From Octopus sinensis (lineage: Eukaryota): 12,940 bases of DNA. Where the stretch lies: the NCBI RefSeq assembly GCF_006345805.1, contig NW_021826573.1, positions 1 to 12,940 on the forward strand, in the 5' to 3' direction. The notes under the pieces are model-generated. The model was not told the origin of the DNA. It made no database searches and saw only the letters and a list, made by a program, of their open reading frames with translations. Shown one piece after another: positions 1-8,730 of the stretch. The position numbers and the translations under genes were made by a program. Positions within the stretch are counted from its first letter, which is position 1, and each line of letters begins with the position of its first letter.

Positions 1-54
1 TGTGTGTGTGTAGATATAAATATACCAACATATATGCACACATTCACACATAAA

Positions 55-190
55 GCAACCACCACCATCACCGCTGCCACCTCCATTGTTGCCATATCAC
101 AACTTACACCATCCACCACCAATACCACCACCAACAACAACAACACCAACACCAAAGCACCACTAAAGCACCAAAAAATCAACAACTATA
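55..190. repeat. Degenerate (ACC)n/(AAC)n trinucleotide microsatellite
   Basis: accaccatcacc...accaccaacaacaacaacaccaacacc read directly. Confidence 0.85.
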
Positions 191-249
191 AGGACATCTA
201 TGGTCTACTAATAATCTTGTCGAAGAAATTTTGCAACTCCGTTTATTAT

Positions 250-614
250 ATATGCATACATACTTATATACATACATACATACATACAAAGATACATACA
301 TACATACATATAAATGTATATATATATATACATATATATATACATATATATCACTTCCTCTATTACATATGTGTGTATGTGAGTGTGTTTGTATGTATTT
401 TCTTATATGTATTTATGTGTTGTGTATATCATTATATACTTATAAATATACATATATACCCATATATATCTATACTTATATACGTAGGTATATATGTATA
501 TATATACATATATATATATAATATATATGCATATATGAGTATTTATATATATATAATATATTTATGTATGTATGAATATTGTATGTGTGTACAGATATAG
601 ATATTTGTGTCTGT

Positions 615-671
<57 letters not shown>

Positions 672-840
672 ATATATACTTAACAAACTCATCTTCTGTA
701 ATCAATGTTCTGGGAATAAACTCCTGCGAGAGAAGTGCGAATTTATATGATCAATCACCCATACACACATCCATACACACACACACACACACCCATACAC
801 ACACACACACATATACGCATGCTCACACACACTCACACAT
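250..840. repeat. Compound TA/TACA/TG/CA microsatellite region
   Basis: Long interrupted (TA)n at ~310-670 and (CA)n at ~765-840; source of the IY/HT-rich ORFs. Confidence 0.9.
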
Positions 841-901
841 GCGTAAACACATTCACATAGCTGCCGTTGTTAATTTCATGTCAACAACTGGTTTTATTTA
901 C

Positions 902-1067
902 CCCAGGAGGGGAAAGCCAGTGCGTATAACATAACCGAAAATTTTGTTACGATTCTTCTGAAATCTTTGTTAGTTAACATGGCGTCATTATTTCCCGTGT
1001 TTCGTGATTGCGAGCTGCCGACGACATATTGAAAGAGGTTTGATGTATTTTTATATCTCCGCTGAAT
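902..1067 (-). CDS. Candidate spliced exon (166 nt) of an unidentified gene; one open frame, ending in a signal-peptide/TM-like segment MLTNKDFRRIVTKFSVMLYALAFPSW(G)
   Basis: Minus-strand acceptor ...ccctttctcttctttccccctacgtctatctttgtcacaatcgtctgtttcag| with no AG for 114 nt; donor GGG|gtaaat; only phase 0 is stop-free across the exon; gccATG at 980-978; ends in phase 1. No homologue recognised. Confidence 0.5.
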
Positions 1068-1264
1068 CTGAAACAGACGATTGTGACAAAGATAGACGTA
1101 GGGGGAAAGAAGAGAAAGGGACAAGACAATGAGACGGGGGGGGGAAGAAGGCACACGAACAGGCAGGTATATGGTTACGAAGCCTGTACATGAACGCTGC
1201 TCATTATACACCCTCACGCAGGTGCGCACGCGTGCACAGCTGTTGAAACCCATTCACATAAATA

Positions 1265-1600
1265 TCGCACACACACACACACACACACAGACGTATATTC
1301 ATGTATAGATGTTCCCAGACGCATATCGGAATATACATAGAGATACACACCACACTCACACTATACAGCATATCAGCAATATTCCAATGCAAGAATATTA
1401 TATAACATACGAGAATATATACGTATGTGTGTTTATGCATATATATATATATGTTGTGTATGTATATATACATATAAAATGTTGTGTATATATATATATA
1501 TATGTGTGTGTCTCTGTGTATATAAGTATATATATATACATATGTATATATAGATATACATATCTATATTTATATGTATATATATGATGTGTATATATAT
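1265..1600. repeat. CA/TA/TG low-complexity region
   Basis: (CA)n at 1268-1288, interrupted (TA)n/(TG)n at 1420-1600. Confidence 0.85.
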
Positions 1601-1633
1601 TGTACATAGGCAGAGAGTTATAAAAATAGAAAC

Positions 1634-1634
1634 G

Positions 1635-1668
<34 letters not shown>

Positions 1669-1888
1669 CATACATACATACATGCATGCATACATACATA
1701 CATACATACATACATACATACATACATAAATACATACATGCATACATACATACATGCATACATATATACATACATACATACATACATACATACATGCATG
1801 CATGCATACATACATACATACATACATACATACATACATACATACATACATACATACATACATACGTACATACGTACGTACATATACA
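1634..1888. repeat. (TACA)n tetranucleotide array with TGCA/TACG/TATA variants
   Basis: About 250 bp of tacatacatacata read directly. Confidence 0.95.
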
Positions 1889-2054
1889 CACGTTATATTC
1901 GCCGCAGTCCATGTAATGACAACAATACACAAAAGACCGCTGATAATAGATTTTAAAAAAAAAGTCTTTTGTAACGACCATTTCGTGTATGTATGAATAC
2001 GCGTTATCTCAAAGCATCGCTCAGTCCATCTCTCTTCCTCCCTCCCATTTTCCC

Positions 2055-2273
2055 ACTCACACACACATATGAATGTATTTATACATATATATATATACAT
2101 ACATATACATAAATATATAAGTTTATGCTTCTGTATACACCTGGAAACCTGTACACGCTCTATTCATATGTATGTATGTATAGTGTATACATAAATGCAC
2201 ACATATATACATACACGCACCATAAACACGCGTCTATGTGTGTTTGTGCTTGTATATGTATATATGTATATAG

Positions 2274-2320
<47 letters not shown>

Positions 2321-2458
2321 CATATATATACATAAACAGATTGATACATATATGCAGATGTATTTTATACATAATTACACTTATATATATGCATATATAT
2401 ATGTATTTGTGTGTACGTGCATATGTTAGTTTATGTGTTTGTGGGATATATGTGATAT

Positions 2459-2506
<48 letters not shown>

Positions 2507-2520
2507 GTGTGTATGTGTGA
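2055..2520. repeat. Compound TA/TG microsatellite
   Basis: Pure (TA)n at ~2277-2313 and pure (TG)n at ~2463-2503 with degenerate flanks. Confidence 0.9.
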
Positions 2521-2689
2521 GTGGTGTTCGAATCTTTGCCGTGTTCAACTCCCGATAGAGATAAAAGGTGATGGAAAGAAATGAAATAGTTGTGGGTTTG
2601 CTTGGGACGCCACGGCCATTGTGTTCTTGTCTTTATGCTTTTATTGTTGGTTGTGAGGTGGGATGCGATGGTGGTGGTAGTGGTGAAGA

Positions 2690-3000
2690 CAATGACAATG
2701 ATGATGATGATGATGATGATGATGAGGAGGATGATGATGATGATGAGGATGATGATGATGATGATGATATACTTCGGCGGCCTCGATGATGGTGAGTTTA
2801 TGTTTGAGGTGAGTTGATGATGATGATGATAATGATGATGACGATGATGATGATGATAGTGATGAGGATGACAGCGAGGAAGAGAATGAGAAGTTTGAGG
2901 AGGGTGGATATAATGATGATGATGTTGAAGTGGGGGAGAAGGTGGAGTAGTATGATGACGACGACGACGATGATGATAATGACGATGTTGACGATGTTCA
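2690..3000. repeat. (GAT)n trinucleotide arrays with GAG/GAC/AAT variants
   Basis: gatgatgatgat... read directly; produces the poly-D, poly-M and poly-I ORFs. Confidence 0.95.
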
Positions 3001-3607
3001 TGGTGTCTTGTTACACCGAGACTGGAAGCCAGTCTTACCTCACGCGTCTATGTTAAGAGGGAGATTAAGCTGCTATTTTCAGCTAGTCGGACTCCAGTGT
3101 TGTTGATTATGTCATCGTTGTAGTTATTTGGCAGAGGATGCGGTATTAGTGTTAGTAAGAGTCGTAAATTTTGATTTTGTTTTTCGAGTTGAAGTCGATG
3201 CTGTTGCCTTTAGCAACGATCGCGATGCCGGTTGTCGTCCGGTTGGAAGCAGTATATTGTTTAATGTTGTTGTTGTTGTTCTTGTAATCGTGCTTGACGA
3301 AAACATATGTTGTAATACATAACCATCCATCCATTCATCCATTTTCTCTGCCAAGTTATACTAAGGAGAGTCGCGGCGAGTCGACTCCTCAAACATCTCC
3401 TCTTTATGGGCAATAGGGATTTAGGGGTGATAGGGATTTAGGGACCACCTCCTGGGGCAATAGTCATTTGCACTTTTCGGCCATATTCCCAAGGATTACC
3501 ACCAGAGATTTGGATATTACCCAACTGTCTCATTCTCTACCATTAAGTCTCCTAAAGAATCCGACGGCGGATAAGAACCTTCTTTTCTGCAACAGTGTGA
3601 TATTTGA

Positions 3608-3873
3608 TGGTTGAGGCGCGTAGCTTAGTGGTTTGGGTGCTGGGCTCATGGTCATATGATTGCTGTTTCGATTCCTGTACCGAGCGACACATTGTGTCCT
3701 TGAGCAAGGCTCTTCATTTCATGCTGCTCCCGTCCACTCAGCCGGCAAAAATGAGCAAACCGGCTACGGACTGGCGTCCCGTCCGGGTGAGGAATATATA
3801 CGATATGGGAGCCTGGAAACCGGCCCTTGTAAGTCTACAGGACTCGGGAGGGAACTTTACATTTTCCTTTTAC
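3608..3873 (+). mobile_element. tRNA-derived SINE, family B (CORE-like central domain), near full length
   Basis: Pol III A box tagcttagtgg (3621-3631), B-box-like gtttcgattcc (3665-3675), MIR/CORE-like tgtgtccttgagcaaggc (3693-3710) followed by ccactcagc; paralogous to the inverted copy at 7003-7244. Confidence 0.85.
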
Positions 3874-4364
3874 TAATCACAAGTCAGTAGTACCATAGAT
3901 GTGACCAATCAATGCGGAGAAGTAGTGGCCCAATCAAGAGAAACTCCCTAACCTACGAGCTATGCCCCCTTCCCTAGTCAAGTAACATTACCCCAGAAAC
4001 CCATCAGAGAGGCACCAGTTCTGCCGGTTGTATTCACGGTCGTACTCTTTCTTGGGCCTATTCTTGAATCTTAGTTCATGAATGTTCTGGATGGTGTATA
4101 ACCTATATTAAAATGTGACCGAAATTGTTACGAATGCGCTTCTGACCAAAGCTGTTCCGTCTGTGACCATCTCGTTTTAATTTTAAGATGCACTATCATA
4201 TCAGACCATGTTATCAAATGTGTCCTGCCTTTTGAAAAGCAGTGGAGTGTTGTCGTAACTATAGAGATTAGCTATTTCCGTACAGAAAAGACTCCCTTGT
4301 CGGTTCCATGTTATTATGATCGTTTTTCTTTTTGTTCTTGTTTGTGACTTTGATGCTGGTGGTA

Positions 4365-4630
4365 ATGGAAGGGGTGGTGGTGGTGGTTGTGTGGTGGTAT
4401 GGTGGTGTTGTGGGTGGCAGTGGTTTGTCGTGGTAATGATGCTGGGGATGTTAACCATATCTTTTGTTAAAGTTGATGTGTTTTGTTTGCAGTGGGAATA
4501 CGTAACTCGTATGTAAGTTTGTATAGCCTTAGTATGTGTGTATATGTGTATATGTGCGTGTAAAAGAAGGAGAGATACAGAGACAGAGAGAGAGACAGAA
4601 AGGAAGAGGAGGAGGTGGAGGAAGAGGAAT
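4365..4630. repeat. (GGT)n-like and AG-rich low-complexity tracts
   Basis: ggtggtggtggttgtgtggtgg at 4373-4430; agagagagac/gaggaggagg at 4560-4630. Confidence 0.7.
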
Positions 4631-4879
4631 AACATGTGCGTTGATCATGGAGATTCTGGTTAAACGAGGAATTTACAACACCTGAGACAATGCAATATGA
4701 AGAACATGGTATTAGATGCCATTATGGCATTAGACCATTGTAAGAATTAAAAACAACCAGAATATATCATAATTTGTTTTTTTTTATATATATATATATA
4801 TTTGCCTGTATGTGTTGTTTGGCATTTTTGAGTATTTTTTCTATAATCTGATTTAGGCAATTTATGGTTAGTTGCCACA

Positions 4880-5215
4880 TACACACACAGAGACTCACAC
4901 ACGCACACACACACACACTCACACGCACACATGTATGTTTGTGTATGTATGTGTGTATGGATATATGTGTATGTATAAATACAGACACGCACACACAGTC
5001 ACACACACAGTCACACACACAGTCACACACACAGTCACACACACAGTCACACACACAGTCACACACACAGTCACACACACGTACGCACATACATACACAC
5101 GTATGTTTGTATATGTATGCGTGTATATATATATGTGTATGTATAAATACACAAACACACACTCACTGAAATTCACACACACGCACACACACACATACAC
5201 ACAGAGCATGTATAC
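4880..5215. repeat. CA-rich repeat containing about 7 copies of a 12-bp unit ACACACACAGTC (4991-5080)
   Basis: Six perfect 12-mers at 5001-5072 plus partial copies; gives the HTQS repeat ORF. Confidence 0.9.
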
Positions 5216-5219
5216 ATAC

Positions 5220-5237
5220 CTGTAGTATGTATTGTCG
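5220..5237 (-). other. Candidate 18-nt microexon (cgacaatacatactacag)
   Basis: Minus strand: tactaatattttattaccag|18 nt|gtatgt with CAG|GTATGT donor; open in all three frames. Confidence 0.25.
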
Positions 5238-5284
5238 CTGGTAATAAAATATTAGTATAATAACTGTTTTTAATTTTCTAATTT

Positions 5285-5432
5285 AGTAAAACACAGGACG
5301 AGGAATTTTGAGAGGAGGGGGATGATTAGTATAAACCAACCCCAATGTATGACTGGTACTTTATTTCATTGACCTTAGAAAGATTTACGACAGATCTGAC
5401 CGGGACAGGTTTTGAACCAGCATCATAAAGAC
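5285..5432 (-). mobile_element. Highly diverged SINE family A fragment
   Basis: gactggtactttatttcattgacc...tttgaacc...cataaag aligns by eye with actggtacttaattcatcgacc...tttgaactcagagcgtag of the 6785 and 7643 copies. Confidence 0.6.
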
Positions 5433-5554
5433 AAAGAGGATGAAGAAACACAGCATCGTATATTTTCGAGATTCTAATTCTTCTGTCAATTCCCCACTTT
5501 TAAATCGAACAAAAGCAAAAGACCTGAAATTTGCAGGGGTTAGATAGTCTATAC

Positions 5555-5670
5555 AACTGATTCTCAAATTGGGTTCGTATAAGATTTCTGGGCGTGGGGT
5601 CCATACAAGCAATGTAGTAAACTGGGGATCCACAGTAATATTTTAAGGGTCTATGAAAAGATTTTGTACT
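5555..5670. mobile_element. Possible degenerate non-autonomous DNA transposon (hAT/MITE-like) fragment
   Basis: Starts caactgattctcaaa, resembling cagtggttctcaa hAT-type termini; internal ggggtcca/ggggatcca repeats. Recalled similarity only; the other terminus was not found. Confidence 0.35.
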
Positions 5671-5899
5671 AGGCATATTTGTGTACAGCAGGAAACAGAT
5701 CGGTTTCTGTCTTTTAACATATTTCTACATGTTTCCGGTCACCGAAACATGTCCTCTCAGAAACTGGCTGTCGTCGCAAATCTACTCAAGAGAACGTGAG
5801 AGAGAGAGAAAAAAAAAAGAAGAATCTTTAAACATAGAATTGCTATGGAGTTCCACCAGAATAAAATAGTAATCAAATGGATCCATAGGTAAAAAATGG

Positions 5900-6009
5900 T
5901 TGGGAAGTAGTCCAAACCATTGACTGCCGTACATAACTGGTACCTGTTTTCAACCATGGAGAGATGAAAGGAAACTTTGATGGTTGTGTAAATAGATTCA
6001 GAACGTAAG
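5900..6009 (-). mobile_element. Diverged SINE family A fragment
   Basis: actggtacctgttttcaacc...gatgaaaggaaac...ttcagaacgtaag matches actggtactt...gatgaaaggcaaag...ctcagagcgtag in other copies. Confidence 0.6.
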
Positions 6010-6309
6010 AATCCGGTTTGAATGGCGCCAGACCATTTTTACTCTTTTGTGCTCAATGAATAAAGGGACGTTGTAAGGACTGGTTATAAAGGTGTGCGGA
6101 TTTACAAGGAAATATTGCTATCATGGTGGATCTCCGTCGTTTGTCCATGAGGAATTGGATATTTGATCGACTGTATTATCTCCTGCCGAATTAACTTATA
6201 AGCGGTGAATATGTCATAGTCATGTGTACTCTTAATCTAACTCCCATGTAGTATCAGCGTGATGCCAGCTGTGGCAAAGGCATACGTTTCGAATTACAGA
6301 TATAATACA

Positions 6310-6455
6310 GGCTTCTACACAGTTTTCGTTTACCCAGTTTCATTCACAAATGACGACTCGAGCTGAAAGTATACATAATTACGTTTGACCAGGTTGACAG
6401 CGAGATCAACTCCGTGACCTGGTGGTTGCGAAGGTAGATTTCAACCACAACACAC
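6310..6455 (-). mobile_element. Old diverged tRNA-derived SINE (5' half, probably family C)
   Basis: caggcttctacacagttttcgtttacc... and gtggttgcgaagg...accacaac resemble the 5' half of an octopus SINE as I recall it; cannot be checked against another copy in this window. Confidence 0.45.
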
Positions 6456-6571
6456 TTGCTCACGTGACGCTTTGGTAAAGCACGTGGTGAATGTCATCCT
6501 GTAGCTGGTTTGTTTTCTCGAACACTTCCCCACGGACATTTTCTTGTCAAAGAATTGCAGACGATAGTTAC

Positions 6572-6617
6572 CTGCGCGGTACTTCTTGTAAATACGTTTA
6601 GAAGACGTGACCCAAAA
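6572..6617 (-). other. Candidate 46-nt exon (FWVTSSKRIYKKYRA or FGSRLLNVFTRSTAQ)
   Basis: Minus strand ttctttccattctgtttcttccag|...cgcgcag|gtaact: strong acceptor and donor; two of three frames open. Confidence 0.35.
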
Positions 6618-6784
6618 CTGGAAGAAACAGAATGGAAAGAACTATTTTGAAAGTGATAACTCTGAATTATATGTAAGGCTATAATTAAAAAAAGAAAAGG
6701 TGATAACTCTAACGACTCGCTAGACATCATATCACTTCACAACAAAACACTTTCAACTCAATAATAATGATAATTTTTATAATC

Positions 6785-7002
6785 CTTTCTACTATAGGTA
6801 CCAGGCCTGGATTTGTGTGTATGTGTGTGTGTAGTGAGGGGGGGGGCAGTCGATTACATCGACCTCAGTACTTGACCGGTACTTAATTCATCGATCCCGA
6901 AGAATGAAAGGCAAAGTCGACCTTGGCGAAATTTGAACTCAGAGCGTAGCGACAGACGAAATACCGCCAACCATTTCGCCCGGCATCCTAACCATTCTGC
7001 CA
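6785..7002 (-). mobile_element. tRNA-derived SINE family A, near full length, with short (ATT)-like tail to ~6758
   Basis: Minus strand A box tggcagaatgg (7002-6992), B box gagttcaaatt (6940-6930), body gtcgactttgcctttcattc...gatgtaatcgact, 3' end tagtagaaaggatt; four other copies in the window. Confidence 0.9.
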
Positions 7003-7244
7003 TAAAGCAAAATTGCTTTCTCTAGTTACACCGACCAATAGGGGCCATTTTCCCGGTTTCCATGGCTTATAGATTTCTCCCCTGGATGGAATGCCGGTCC
7101 CTTGCAGGATTACTCCTTTTTGCTAACTGAGTGGACTGGAGCAACGGGAAATGAAGTGTTTTGCTCAAGAACACAGTGCAACATCCAGACCCGGAATCGA
7201 AACTACAATCTTACGATCATGAATCCAACACCTCTAACCATCAG
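7003..7244 (-). mobile_element. tRNA-derived SINE family B, first ~15 nt missing
   Basis: Reverse complement gives gtttcgattcc, tgtgttcttgagcaaaacacttcatttc, ccagtccactcag, tggaaaccgg, collinear with 3608-3873. Confidence 0.9.
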
Positions 7245-7261
7245 TTTCAGGCCTTGTGCCC

Positions 7262-7418
7262 AAAGTCGATTACATCGGACCCTAGTGTTTAAGTGGTAAT
7301 TATTTTATCGATCTCGAAAGGATGAAAGGCAAAGTTGAACTCGGAACATAAAGAGAGATGAAATGCCGCTGCTAATCATTTCGCAAGCCGTTCTAACTAT
7401 TCTGCCATCTTGCTGCCT
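7262..7418 (-). mobile_element. SINE family A, 5' part with head; 3' end lost
   Basis: aagtcgattacatcg...gatgaaaggcaaagttgaactc...ttctgccatcttgctgcc. Confidence 0.85.
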
Positions 7419-7419
7419 T

Positions 7420-7456
7420 AATAATAATAATGATGACGATGATGATGATGATGATG

Positions 7457-7534
<78 letters not shown>

Positions 7535-7592
7535 CGATGATGATGATGATGATGATAATAATAATAATAATAATAATGATATGATGATGATG

Positions 7593-7645
<53 letters not shown>
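7420..7645. repeat. (AAT)n/(GAT)n array, probably the expanded 3' tail of the SINE at 7643-7766
   Basis: Directly abuts atccttcctacta, the family A 3' terminus also seen at 6782-6793. Confidence 0.9.
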
Positions 7646-7766
7646 CCTTCCTACTAAAGGCATAATGCCTGAAAGTTGGTTGGAGGGGTTAAGTCGATTA
7701 CATCGACCTCAGTGTGTAACTGGTACTTAATTCATCGACCCCGAAAGGATGGAAGGCAAAGTCGAC
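7643..7766 (-). mobile_element. SINE family A, 5'-truncated
   Basis: atccttcctactaaaggcataatgcctgaaa...aagtcgattacatcgacctcagt...actggtacttaattcatcgaccccgaaaggatggaaggcaaagtcgac. Confidence 0.9.
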
Positions 7767-8255
7767 AATAATGATAAATATTTTCTTTACCTGCCATTAT
7801 AATGATATAGAGATTCGACATTGTAACTAACAATTCAACAGCAACAGGTCCCACGAAAATATTTCCACCTCTTTTTTAGCTCTATCACAAATATTGAGCT
7901 ATATATTCTCACGTCTTTATAGTTCGAGAATTCCAAGCACTTGGTTCATTGACAACAGCAACAATAATAGTAATAATGATAATAATAAAATTAACAAAAA
8001 TGAACCTTTAAAAAATAAAAATGAGAGAAAATATTCAGAGAAACCGAAGAAAAAAAACGGGGAAAATGAAGCAAAACCTCCAATTAATAAATACTTTCAT
8101 ATTTGAAGAAATGGACAAAGAAAGAACTGAGAGGAAAAAAGGAAGGAGAGAAAGGAAGAAAGTGAATTAGAAATAGAGAAAGAATGTGATTCGAAAAAGA
8201 ACCACTTGCCATCTGCTTCCTGTTAGAATAATTCCTCTTTCAGTGGCAAATTTAC

Positions 8256-8279
8256 AAAAAAAAAAAAAAAAAAAAAAAA
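8256..8279. repeat. Poly(A) tract, 24 nt
   Basis: Read directly. Confidence 0.95.
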
Positions 8280-8385
8280 TTAAAGAATATCTTCCGTAAT
8301 TCGAGAAACCATAAAAATATTTATCTTACTTAAGTAGCTCTCCACCAGTTCTGCACCACTTGGCACTGGGGGGTGGCTGGGATAT

Positions 8386-8386
<1 letters not shown>

Positions 8387-8427
<41 letters not shown>

Positions 8428-8730
8428 GCACTCACAGCACTCACTTTCTATATATACACACACACACAAACACACATATATATGCAAACATACACGTATA
8501 TGTCTATATATATCACATGCATTCATAAAAATATGTCTACATATATTTTGTGTGTGTGTGTGTGTGTTATATGCATGTATATATGTATATGCTTGTGTGT
8601 GCATGTATGTGTGTAAGCATATCTATGTATCTATTTAGACATTTGCTTATCACAGTTTACCTGCATGTGTGTGTGCGTGTGTGTGTGTGCGCGTGTGTAT
8701 GTTTGCTCGTGTGTGTGCGTATCTATATAT
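8387..8730. repeat. CA/TA/TG compound microsatellite
   Basis: (CA)n at 8388-8422 followed by interrupted TG/TA tracts. Confidence 0.9.

Noticed and set aside
1600-1640. Remnant of the LINE 3' end in front of the 1634-1888 (TACA)n array
   Set aside because: Only patchy A-rich similarity to 11120-11155; too weak to support.
4-2520. Long ORFs rich in YI/HT/MYVC/CV, and similar ones at 4747-5225, 8326-8798, 9514-9943, 10678-11156 and 12537-12826
   Set aside because: Translations of TA/CA/TACA microsatellites, open on both strands only because the repeats lack stop codons.
2568-3056. Poly-Asp (aspein-like), poly-Met and poly-Ile ORFs
   Set aside because: All frames of a (GAT)n array; no signal peptide, splice support or complex sequence.
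3608-3690. tRNA gene
   Set aside because: The A and B boxes are followed by a SINE body, with no convincing cloverleaf; the same applies to the heads at 6930-7002 and 7170-7244.
4111-4170. KCDRNCYECASDQSCSVCD, a furin-like Cys spacing
   Set aside because: In-frame TAA at 4099-4101 with no acceptor in between; TGT is common in this DNA, and part of the stretch resembles an interspersed repeat.
4991-5080. CRISPR-like array
   Set aside because: Contiguous 12-bp units without spacers in eukaryotic DNA; a minisatellite.
5725-5754. Hairpin acatgtttc/gaaacatgt with p53-like half sites
   Set aside because: One half site has two mismatches and the spacer is 10 bp; expected by chance.
8256-8279. Poly(A) as the tail of a processed pseudogene
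   Set aside because: No nearby AATAAA at the usual distance, no target-site duplication and no recognisable upstream ORF.
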